This document shows positions 1 through 9,800 of a DNA stretch of 64,000 bases, one piece after another (position 1 is the stretch's first letter; every line of letters starts with the position of its first letter). The translations under genes were made by a program, and so were the position numbers. The stretch comes from Nitrosopumilaceae archaeon (lineage in GTDB: Archaea > Thermoproteota > Nitrososphaeria > Nitrososphaerales > Nitrosopumilaceae). The notes under the pieces are model-generated. The model had not been told where the DNA came from. It was given only the letters and a program-made list of their open reading frames with translations, and made no database searches. Where the stretch lies: contig CBDATR010000024.1 of assembly GCA_965200155.1 (NCBI GenBank), forward strand, positions 416,001-480,000. Direction: 5' to 3'.

Positions 1-456
1 GACAAATGTATCACAAGATGGCAGGTGTTGAGTTGGAAATGATCGCGAATGCAACCAGCCCCGCTAAAACGTATGGTATTATCACATCATACAAACCCCA
101 TAAATCGATTAGATATACAACGGACTGGTCTCATCCGGACAAATAGCACATTTTGATGTCAAGACCCAAGAGCGGTTGTATAGCGGTCACCATAAGTCTT
201 TGAGAACATGGTACCTCGCTCCCGGACAGTACATGGCTTTGGCTTGTCACCATTATTCCCGCCCTGACGCCTCCGGTTGGGCGGGGAACGGTTACTCGCT
301 CCCGGACGACACGCTCTGCCGCCCTATACAGGGAAACCGGTTACTAAACGCCGCGTTGATATCGGCGTGAAATTCCTGGTTACATATTGAATGTGTCCCT
401 AATTGATCGTGATTTGCTGTCAACGTGTCCACACACGTGACGGGTCTGTGGCTCGT

Positions 457-475
457 TGGGCGGGTAAACCGCCCC
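457..475. repeat. 19-bp hairpin micro-insertion (TGGGCGGGTAAACCGCCCC) flanked by CTCGT/CTCAT
   Basis: Removing the hairpin plus one flank (24 bp, aa MRGRFTRP) restores the canonical TnpB PxxYTS motif. Confidence 0.75.
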
Positions 476-1277
476 CTCATGTATTTCGCTGGCACGGCCA
501 CCAATTCAATCCCCAGTGCCTCGCACTTTTGTACTACTTTCCGGCGGAACTCCCCTACCCGGTTCTCGCGCATGGAAAGGTTCATTGTTATTTTGTGGTT
601 CCCGCCATGACTGGTCATTACTTTCGGTGATAAATCCTCTAGTACTACCTTGTCTGCACCTTTGGTGATCGCGTGGACTACTCTATTCGTGGAGTCGTTA
701 GTTATGTTGTTGGCTTTCTGTCGTAGTCGAGTGATTTGTTTCTCAATCTTTCGCTTCCTGCGCTTACCTTTCGCGTTCTAATACTCTGGAGTGCGCTAAT
801 CTCCCGCAATGTAGAACGATGTTTCATGTTGGGAATCATCGTTCTGCCATTCGTGTCAGCTGTTACAGCTAGATGTTTCCCGCCGACATCCATACCGCGA
901 ACAACGCCGGTCGGTAGGTGGTGTCTCCCATATATTGATGTGAATCTCGAATTGACGCTCCCTATTGGTTACTCGTTCCACTATCTTGAATGAGCGCATG
1001 TCCAAGGAACGATCGATTGGTTTGGTTGTTCTCACCACACCAATGCCCGGCAGGTATAGTTCGCGAGAACCGCGCCTTATTGGCGGACTCACACAAGACA
1101 GTATTACTCTATTATTGTCACGCCGGTGTGGTATTTAATTAGAATGATCCTCGTACGCGCGCCTACACGCGACAGACGCCTGTAGTATGGCGCCCCGGCC
1201 ATAGTTGGATGGTAACTCGCGCACCCATTTAATATCACGGCTCCACTTTGTCAATTCCAGGAACAAACCATTCTTGT

Positions 1278-1296
1278 TGGACGGGTAAACCGTCCC
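1278..1296. repeat. 19-bp hairpin micro-insertion (TGGACGGGTAAACCGTCCC) flanked by CTTGT/CTGAT
   Basis: Same as 457-475 apart from a compensatory G-C to A-T stem change. Confidence 0.65.
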
Positions 1297-1887
1297 CTGA
1301 TAACCGTTATAGAACGTGGTAGCTGATTCACGTATAATGAATCACAGACCATATGGTGACTTGGCGGACTCGTTCTTATTCTTGACCTTGGCCGGATCAT
1401 GCTTCAATTCAAGAGTGGTTCCGGGTATGTAGTAACCGCCCAGCGTGATCTCGGATACCGCCCTGTTATACACGTAATCGGATGTGTGACCAAATATCTC
1501 GGCGCGCCGGGAGAACTCCTTATCATTCTTCAACGGTATAATGACGGTTCGAATTATGTCATCCATCATCTGGCAATTCTACTCTAGTAGTGGTTCTATA
1601 AAACTACGGTTCTATACCCGGCAAAGACTTATGGTGGACGCTATACAATTTCCACGGATATGTGGCGGAGAATGACAAAAAGGCCATAAGAGAATATGGA
1701 GGATGTGATAAACGTAGTGGAGAATTTCAATGACCTCAACGTCAGGAAGGACTTGAGGTGGTTTGAGCAATTGTTTGGTGTTGCACCGCAAAAGTGATAC
1801 GCCAGAGGATGAAGCACAACTGATGCTTTGTCAAGGATGCAGAAATTGGCGCCACCACCCTAAACGGTTGCGCCAATCACACGCTAC

Positions 1888-4593
1888 TTATGGTTTTATC
1901 TCCATTATACTGATACCGTCATCCAATACTCCGGTAACCACCGCATATAACCGGCTATTGGTAACGAACAGGTCAATATCACTGGCCCCATTCAAATATG
2001 AAAAGCCCTGACTATTATCATACACGTGAGTCACTGCTGCTGGACTCCCCGGATTTGTTATATCAATTATCTGTATGCCGTCATCCAGTATACTTGTCAC
2101 AACAACATAGGTCCGGCCCAGTATGGTAGTGGCATGTATCTCGTTTGGTCCATTCAGGACCGATATGCCATTAGCATTATCATATATCTCGCTAACGGCA
2201 AAAGATTCCTCCGGTACCGTTATGTCAATTACCTGGATTGCTCCGGCCCACTTGCCTGCCACTAGGGCATATATACGATCATGCATATTCACTATCTCTA
2301 CGTCGCCCGCTCCCCTCAATGCATGGAATCCAAAGTTTCTATCACTAGCACTGAATACGGGCCAGGGATATGCCGGATTCGTTATATCCAGGATTTGAAC
2401 GGCATCACTATTCGTCCCGGATATGACCGCATAGATCTTGCCGTGTATTATGGCAATTTCCACATCCCAGGCGCCATCCAAGCTCCTTATGGTTATTTCA
2501 TCATTTTCTATATCCTCGTCCGCCACGTACTCCTCCTCATTGTATATGGCACCGGCCGGTAACGGGAACTGTATATTCGACAATTCAATTATCTGCACGG
2601 CATCATCAATGTGGCTGGCCACAACAGCCACTACACGACCAAAATTCTCACGAACTGATATCCCCCTGGCCCCCTCTAATGCCTCAAAGCCGTCCTCGCC
2701 GTCCCGTATATCCAGGACCGGGATGGGATTTTCCGGATTCGTTATGTCAATTATCTGGACGCCATTATCATTATAGCTGGTCACCAAGCAGTATGTATTC
2801 TCCCCTATCGATATAACGGCCACGTCTCCGGGCCCGTCCAGGGTCTCAAAGCCGTTTACATCATCAAATATGCTGCTTACCGGTCTTGGATCCTCCGGTA
2901 TGGTAATATTGAATATGTGCACGGCATCCTGCGCGTAATTGGCTACAATACCGTAATGGCTGTCCCGAATTTTAGTGACATGAATGCTGCCGGGCCCGTC
3001 CATCGCTAAATCTATGTCATCTAGTGCTAGTGTACTGCTGGTCAGTGTGGGGGCTGCAGGCCGTGTTGGATCCAGCACGTGTATCTGGTCGTCTAATGAG
3101 GCGGCCACCAGTATGTATGTGGTTCCCGCTATATCAACGGCGGATACTCCCTGTGCCCCTCTGAGTAATATCTTGTCCTCCTCAGCATCATCTTCCTCGG
3201 GAATGGTATCGGACAGGGGCCTTGGCTGGGACGGGTTGGCCAGGTCCACTATCTGTATGGCATCATCGTCGTAACTGCTTATTACAGCCCTGGCGTTACC
3301 GGATGTTGTTATAAGATTCATGTCCCAGGGACTGGCCAGGGCATTGAAGCGTCCCCTGTCATCCAATATGGTATTCTCCAGTAACGGCATAAAGGGAGTG
3401 GTGATATTGATTATTCGCATGGCATTTTCGTTATACGCCAGTACGGCAGCAAAGGTCCCATCATCATCATAAATGACCTCAACGTCTATGGCGCCGTCTA
3501 TGGGCTCGGTCGCGTTATTCATGTCGGTTATGGGCAATGGTAGGCGCGGATTTATCATGTCTATTATTTGTAGGGCATCATCGTCGTAGCTTGCCACCAA
3601 GGCGTACATGCGGTTCTGTATTTGGGCAGCCGCAATGGCGCGGGCGCCCTCCAGATTCTCAAAGCCCCTCATGTCATCGAACGCCGCCGCTACGGGAAAT
3701 GGCTCATACGGATTGGTAATATCAATCACCTGTATGCCGTCATCATCATGGCTGACCACCACCGCGTATATGCCGTCGGGTGCATCAAATATTTCCACAT
3801 CGCTGGCGCCATCCAGTGCCGTATACCGGTCAGTGTCATCATACATGGCCGCGGCCGGTACCGGATTAAATGGATTGGACATGTCCAGGATTAGGACGGA
3901 GCTCTTTCCCAGTATGATTGCATAAGGGGTATCCTGTATCGTTACGGTCTTTACGTTGTTCGCGCCTTCTATGGCATCAAAGCCTGCCATGTCAGAGTAT
4001 ATCTCGCTGACTGAAACGGGGACGGCAGGATTTGACATGTCTATTATCTGGACCGAGTCCCTGCCGGTGGCCACGCCGTATACACGACTGGATACAGTTA
4101 TGGTGTCTATATCCCGCACCCTGTCCAGTGCCTCAAAGGTGCTTCGCTCATATGTTATGGTTATAGTGGTATTGCCGGTGGCCAGGATACCCTGTATTAT
4201 GGCACCATCCGCCGCCGATACAGTTACTGCCGGAATGTCCCGGACTGCCTCTATATTCCATGGAAGAATAGCATCACCGTACAGTATTATGCCGCCAGCG
4301 CCGTACTCTTGCGCCACATCTATTCCATTATTGCCGCCCGTATACTGGGCTAGCAGAATTGATCCCCGTGCTGGCATGGAGCCATTCTGTATATGATGAC
4401 CCTGTCCTGTGGCCAAGATTATTCCGTCTTCCGGATACCACATTGGAGTGGCATCAAAGAAGGTATTGCCCACTATCAGCTGTGTCTGCCATATGGTACG
4501 ATGAATCTCAGAGACCGGCGATATAGTAGGCGCAGCCTCTGCGGCCACCGGTATGACCAGGATTAGTGCGCATATTATGGCAACATTTAGCAC
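1888..4593 (-). CDS. Secreted protein: protease-associated (PA)-like domain followed by LVIVD-like beta-propeller repeats
   Basis: Probable GTG start at 4593 (ORF track extends to 4722) giving a signal peptide 'LNVAIICALILVIPVAAEA'. PA-like 'AQEYGAGGIILYG...IPAVTVSAADG'. Many ~55-aa repeats 'YAxV..DD.IQIIDITNP..P.PV'. Confidence 0.8.
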   Translation of the reverse strand: MLNVAIICALILVIPVAAEAAPTISPVSEIHRTIWQTQLIVGNTFFDATPMWYPEDGIILATGQGHHIQNGSMPARGSILLAQYTGGNNGIDVAQEYGAGGIILYGDAILPWNIEAVRDIPAVTVSAADGAIIQGILATGNTTITITYERSTFEALDRVRDIDTITVSSRVYGVATGRDSVQIIDMSNPAVPVSVSEIYSDMAGFDAIEGANNVKTVTIQDTPYAIILGKSSVLILDMSNPFNPVPAAAMYDDTDRYTALDGASDVEIFDAPDGIYAVVVSHDDDGIQVIDITNPYEPFPVAAAFDDMRGFENLEGARAIAAAQIQNRMYALVASYDDDALQIIDMINPRLPLPITDMNNATEPIDGAIDVEVIYDDDGTFAAVLAYNENAMRIINITTPFMPLLENTILDDRGRFNALASPWDMNLITTSGNARAVISSYDDDAIQIVDLANPSQPRPLSDTIPEEDDAEEDKILLRGAQGVSAVDIAGTTYILVAASLDDQIHVLDPTRPAAPTLTSSTLALDDIDLAMDGPGSIHVTKIRDSHYGIVANYAQDAVHIFNITIPEDPRPVSSIFDDVNGFETLDGPGDVAVISIGENTYCLVTSYNDNGVQIIDITNPENPIPVLDIRDGEDGFEALEGARGISVRENFGRVVAVVASHIDDAVQIIELSNIQFPLPAGAIYNEEEYVADEDIENDEITIRSLDGAWDVEIAIIHGKIYAVISGTNSDAVQILDITNPAYPWPVFSASDRNFGFHALRGAGDVEIVNMHDRIYALVAGKWAGAIQVIDITVPEESFAVSEIYDNANGISVLNGPNEIHATTILGRTYVVVTSILDDGIQIIDITNPGSPAAVTHVYDNSQGFSYLNGASDIDLFVTNSRLYAVVTGVLDDGISIMEIKP

Positions 4594-4727
4594 GCCTAAC
4601 TGAGATATAATATGAATATTAAATATTGGGAGATAACAGTATCTTGCGTAAATTTTTACTTGTGATAATTGTTCGCTAGCGCTCAAAAGATCCACGCTCT
4701 TATATATAGTAAGGAGGTACATTTCAT
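4594..4727. promoter_or_regulatory. AT-rich divergent promoter region
   Basis: Short AT-rich spacer between head-to-head genes with TATA-like elements (TTATATATA near 4700, ATTAAATA near 4620) and AGGAGG before the 4728 start. Confidence 0.5.
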
Positions 4728-6446
4728 GTGTATACTTTATTTTTTGTGATATTGCTTGGATTATTCGCTATACCCGTGGCGGCAGGGAACAGCACGTATG
4801 GGCCCATAGATGAAGAGATGGTAATACAGGAAATAGCCGACAGGATTCTAAGAGAGTTTGACACAAGTTCCAAAGATGCCATTACGCTGATTCAGGACTA
4901 TGCAGGTACGCTGCTTGATGAGGATGAGATGTACGCCTTTGTTGCGGACTCTGATTACACCATACTGGCGCACTCATCAAGTCCGGACTTGGTAGGCAGT
5001 AGCATGTATGATGTCACTAACGTGCAGGGGGCTAACCTGGGAGATACAATAGCGGCATCCATTTCACCCTATGGAGTTTGGCTGGACCATGTCTGGTCCG
5101 GAACGGGTACGCATGAGTCCGGCCGTGTCTGGGTAATGGAGTATTGGGGGCACATATTTGGAGTGGGCACACACAAGGACTATTCGGCTATTCCCATTAT
5201 ACACATCACCGAGGCGGACCGGGATCGCCAAAAGATAGCCCAGGAGATGGTAGAGTATACCATTGCTTCCTATGCTGCTGATCCATCAAGGACCATAGAT
5301 GGCATTAATGACTCAGGAGATGCCCGGTATCATAATGGCGAGGTATCAACCTTCATCATTGATTATAATGGTACTGTAACGGCGCACGGATATGACAGGA
5401 ATTTGGCAGGCATAGAGATAGAGTATGCAGAGGATACACTGGGCACAAATTTGGGGGATCTCTTTGAGGAAAATATCTCGCCCTATGGTCGATGGGTATC
5501 ATACTGGTGGCCCAATCCCGCAGAGGGGTACGAGTATCAGCTTACCATGGTATGGATCAAGAGTTACGCCGGACATACATTTGGGGCGGGAATGTTTCCG
5601 GAAGAGCCCTACGATGAAATGGACAGGGATATGTCATGGCTTACGCTGGACCGTCGGGAGTCGGCTATGAAGATGGTTCAGGGTACCATAGATGCTTTTA
5701 GTATTGATCCCGACAGGGCAATTTCACTGATACATGATCAGGATAACCTATTGTTCCATGATGGTGACATGTTCCCCATTGTTATTGATAACGAGTCCCG
5801 CGTTATAGTGGCGCACGGGTCCGCGCCTGAACTGGCAGGACAGGACTTGAATGGTATTGAGGGAGGAGAAGAGCTCAGTAGCCTGTTTGAGATGGCCACA
5901 CCCTATGGAACGTGGGGCAATCTTGATAGCCTGCCCTCGTCTATTCGCGCAGACGTGCCCATTACCATGCTGGTAATGAGTAGTGGCGGCTATACCATTG
6001 GCGTGGGAACAGAGCTGGTACATCCTGACGATACCCATATGATTACACCGGAGCAGCGGCAAAACCAGTATATGGTGCAGGATATGGTAGAGCAGACCAT
6101 AGATGACTTTGTCCTGGACATGGAGTATACCATAATGGAGATAAACAGTCTTGGGAATCCCCGGTATCATGACGGGGACCACTATGTCTTGGTAGTGGCC
6201 AGAAATGGTACGATAGTTGCGCATGGGGAAGACACTACATTAGTAGGGCTGGATGTGGAAAATATAGATGATGTCTGGGGTGTGAATGTGGGCGACCTGT
6301 TAGATGAGAACCGGTCAGTGTATGGAACATGGATAGAGTATCATTGGCCCAAGCCATCAGACCCCACCGAGCAGGGACACACAAAGCTTACGTGGATCAA
6401 GCATCATGTCGGATACATATTCGGCGCCGGTATATACATTGACTGA
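4728..6446 (+). CDS. Secreted protein with four tandem single-Cache (sCache_2-like) ligand-binding domains
   Basis: N-terminal signal peptide; four repeats of 'Y/F.F(I/V).D..G(T).V.AHG..P.L.G...D..G..LG...PYG.W..Y.W...K...G..FG.G'; no kinase or MCP output domain. Confidence 0.75.
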   Translation: MYTLFFVILLGLFAIPVAAGNSTYGPIDEEMVIQEIADRILREFDTSSKDAITLIQDYAGTLLDEDEMYAFVADSDYTILAHSSSPDLVGSSMYDVTNVQGANLGDTIAASISPYGVWLDHVWSGTGTHESGRVWVMEYWGHIFGVGTHKDYSAIPIIHITEADRDRQKIAQEMVEYTIASYAADPSRTIDGINDSGDARYHNGEVSTFIIDYNGTVTAHGYDRNLAGIEIEYAEDTLGTNLGDLFEENISPYGRWVSYWWPNPAEGYEYQLTMVWIKSYAGHTFGAGMFPEEPYDEMDRDMSWLTLDRRESAMKMVQGTIDAFSIDPDRAISLIHDQDNLLFHDGDMFPIVIDNESRVIVAHGSAPELAGQDLNGIEGGEELSSLFEMATPYGTWGNLDSLPSSIRADVPITMLVMSSGGYTIGVGTELVHPDDTHMITPEQRQNQYMVQDMVEQTIDDFVLDMEYTIMEINSLGNPRYHDGDHYVLVVARNGTIVAHGEDTTLVGLDVENIDDVWGVNVGDLLDENRSVYGTWIEYHWPKPSDPTEQGHTKLTWIKHHVGYIFGAGIYID

Positions 6447-6463
6447 TGTGTCATGGATAATTC

Positions 6464-6562
6464 GTGTGAGTTCACCTGTGTCTAAATTTACGCATAACTG
6501 ATCGCGACAGTTAAAGAACCGGTTCTTTTGTGCATAAGATTCCGGAAGACGTAAACTCATAC
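6464..6562. mobile_element. MITE (99-bp variant) with IS66-type termini
   Basis: Ends GTGTGAGTTCAC...GTAAACTCATAC; perfect 8-bp TSD GATAATTC (6456-6463, 6563-6570). Confidence 0.92.
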
Positions 6563-6844
6563 GATAATTCATTCTAGGTAGTTTATGGAGAGAATCATTT
6601 GGGTCACTCTAGACATGGCTCTTTATGACTTCAAATTCTAGGTAGCCAGTACACTGACCAGCAATGGCGATATCATACCCGAACTGGTAATCTCTTGTAC
6701 GGCCTAAACGATTACCTTACGAAGTTTGTGCGCCTCGTTGGATACAGTTCACATGCCGGTGATTCAAAGTCATGTATGAAAGAATATGCCATATGGGTAC
6801 ACCCCATAAGACCAATTCAAAAATAAGAAAAATGTAGTAATGTC

Positions 6845-9800
6845 TTACTCTACTGTGATGTCTACTGAGATTGGTGGTGAAAGTGCAGTTGGGTTGTCAA
6901 GGGATTCCCAAACGAAGGCAGTAGCAGTGTACATGCCTGGTTCAGAAGGTGCCCATGACTCAGCTGGACTGAGTGACTGCTCTGGGTTGAGCGTGCCGGT
7001 AATCCATGCGAGACTAACAACAACACCGTTTCCGTCCTGGACCTGTACCAGATATGCGAATGCCTGATCTCTGTCCTGACCGTTCATCAGATCGGCAGTG
7101 ATCTGTACCTGCTGGTCAACGGCTACAGTGTCAAGACTGTTGCCGAAGGAATCAACCACCCTCAGGTTGGAGGCTGGTGCTCTCTCGAGCGGAGGTACCA
7201 CAGTGCCAATCAATGTAGTAGCCATTACATCAAGATCATCTCTCATATTGTACGGATCTGGGAGTGTGCGGTCTTCATACTCTGCGGTCACAGTGTCACC
7301 CTCGGCCGTCCTGAGACGATGTCCAGAGGACTCTGTCTCGGTGGTGAAGGCTACTGTACCCTCGAATATTCCTGTTGCTTCGTTTGTCTCGGTTACCGTC
7401 AAGTCAATACCGCCTGCGTCTGAATCAGACCAGACGTCAATGTCAAAGTTGTCAACTGCTTCTGGGTTCAGGTTCATGTCTGGGTCGATTACTCGAACCA
7501 CACCTGTACCTGTAGCCGGATAGCTTGACTCTAGCCATTGGACTTCGCCGATGTTCCAGCGGATAAGTGCAGAAGCAACTATGGTGATATCTTCACTGTA
7601 CTCGTATGAGACAGAGATACCATCGTCATTGCTGGTTGCCAAGTATCCATTGGTTGGACCAAGATCGTTGTTTGAACCGCTACCATCGCTGGTACCAGTT
7701 ACACCGCGTGCATCATTGGGCTCGCCATCGCCGTCAGCGTCATGAGCTGCAAATCCAGTTAGTATTACCTCACCGGTGAATATACCAGTGTCGGTACCTG
7801 TTTCAACTAGCTTGTACCTATCAAGATCGTTACCTCTGGTGGATACCTTGAGCGGATCCGTCTCAGTGTTTCCAATCTCGTCTACTAGATCACTGTCATA
7901 GTTGTGGTCAGGAGCGACTATGGTAACATAGACCTTGTCAGTCCATGTGTAGACCTTCTGGTCTAGCTCAATGGTTGCGCCAAAGTCAGATGTCATGATA
8001 TCCAGTTTTACGTCCTCGTCCTCTTGACCAACATAGTCAGCGCCGGATGGACCCCAGTCGGTATACTCCAACGTAATGGCCTCATCTCTCTCCAGTCTAT
8101 CTCCATTAAGCTCCTCTGGTATCTCGATTATAGTCTGGAATATACCAGTACTATCGCCGGTCTCTCGGAAGGAGGTAGGCTCTGGATCGAAGGCAGCTGC
8201 ATTACCACCACGGTTACCCATGGTAATAGTGGCAGCATCAGAATCCCACTCAATCAGGTCAAGATCATATGTCTCAGCCTGATCGTTGTCCAAGTCAAAG
8301 TCTGGCTCAATGAGTGTAAGTATCATATCAGTTCCGATGAGATACGAGCTCTTGTCGGACTGTAGGACACCGTTCCTCAGATCAAACGTTGCAGAATCGG
8401 TCACGGTATTAACGTCACCAGATGCGTCTGTTGGATCTTCATACTCGACTTGGAGTATGTCACCTTGTAGTATACAGAAGTGATCGCCAGTCTGGCGTAC
8501 CATCTCCTGTGCAGACTCATTCTCATATTGGACAGTTGCTGGACAGTTGTTAGCAGATGGACCGTCTGTGTATCGAATTGTGACGTCTATCTCAAATATG
8601 CCTGCGTTAGGTGCGATCTCCTCTATAGTACCAAAGGATACTGGTTCAGGACCAAAGTATGTTTGGCTTATAGTGCCACAACTGTCGCTATTGGAGCCAG
8701 CACAACCTACGATGTAGGTGTGGGCCTCCCGTATAACAGATATTGTTACCGGAGCATCATCCATTGCAATTGAGTCATGTCCGTCTGCAGAGAGATCAAA
8801 GTCTGGGTCGTCAATTCGTATGTGGATAGTAAGATCACCATTAGTTACGTATGCAGCGTCAGTGCCTTGGTCGCTGAATGCAGTACTATGCAGTGCAAAG
8901 TATGACCTGCCATCAGGACTAGTACCCTGATTCTCCATGAGAGCCAGATCACTTTCAGATCTGGTTAGATCACTATCACTAATATCGCGTGCGCTATTTT
9001 GAATGTCAGAAAGCTCATCTTTAAGATCGTCTATAGCGTCAAATATGTCATCCAAGATGATATCTATTGGATCAGCCCGATTCACCCATCGATCACCCAA
9101 AGCCATGAATTCATCAGATAGGCCTGCATTAGCAAGCTCATTCATGAATTCCTCTTCGCCGGGTGCGGGTATAGCATCGTCCCTTACATAAACCAAAAGT
9201 TTATTGTAATTTGCAATACTATTGTTTATGTCGTGGACTGCCCTTGCCTCATCACTTAGCGCGGTCTCTAGCTCGTCTAGATTGTTAAAGTCGCTTGGTT
9301 GACCAAATGGTACTGGATATACTGTCCTATCAAGGGTGATAGAGCCAGTGTTAGCTCCTACGGCAGCACTGTCGCCTACCTCAATAATTTCACCAGATGC
9401 GTCTCGGAAGTCAAGGTAGTTTACCTCAATATCCAGACCAGTGGTGGATTGTGGAAGAGCGTCACCGTTCTGACACCAATCGCTTGGTATCTGGAAGTCT
9501 CCTGTAAAGACGCCGGACTCGCTAGAAGTTTCCACCAGTGTAAACTCGGTATCGTGAAGACCCGTATCTACACCCATATTATTAAGAATGGTCATACAAT
9601 TATCACTGTTATCAGCGCTTGGCCAGTCCGTATCATCGAACGTTACATCCAAGAGTCGACCTAGTGGTCCAAAGGTCTCTTCAACCTCCTCACCATGTAT
9701 CATTAGTTCAGCACCAACCTTACCGTACACCATTGAGTTTTCATTCGAGACTATTGTGTAGATATCAATTACATCAGCATCTACATTGAGATCTGGATCT

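Larger units (their letters stand above)
292..1569 (-). pseudogene. tnpB: Fragmented TnpB (IS200/IS605/IS1341-type RNA-guided nuclease) relic
   Basis: Colinear minus-strand ORF pieces 1342-1569, 856-1092, 702-893 and 292-618 carry TnpB hallmarks: LYLPGIGVV wedge segment, RuvC-I 'DVGGKHLAVTAD', 'KCEALGIELVAVPAKY..TS', and 'HADINAA'. Several frameshifts/stops; no tnpA seen; TATA-like TTTATA about 30 bp upstream of 1569. Confidence 0.8.

Noticed and set aside
1620-1800. Coding-like fragment (..MEDVINVVENFNDLNVRKDLRWFEQLFG..)
   Set aside because: Short, frameshifted and unassignable to a family.
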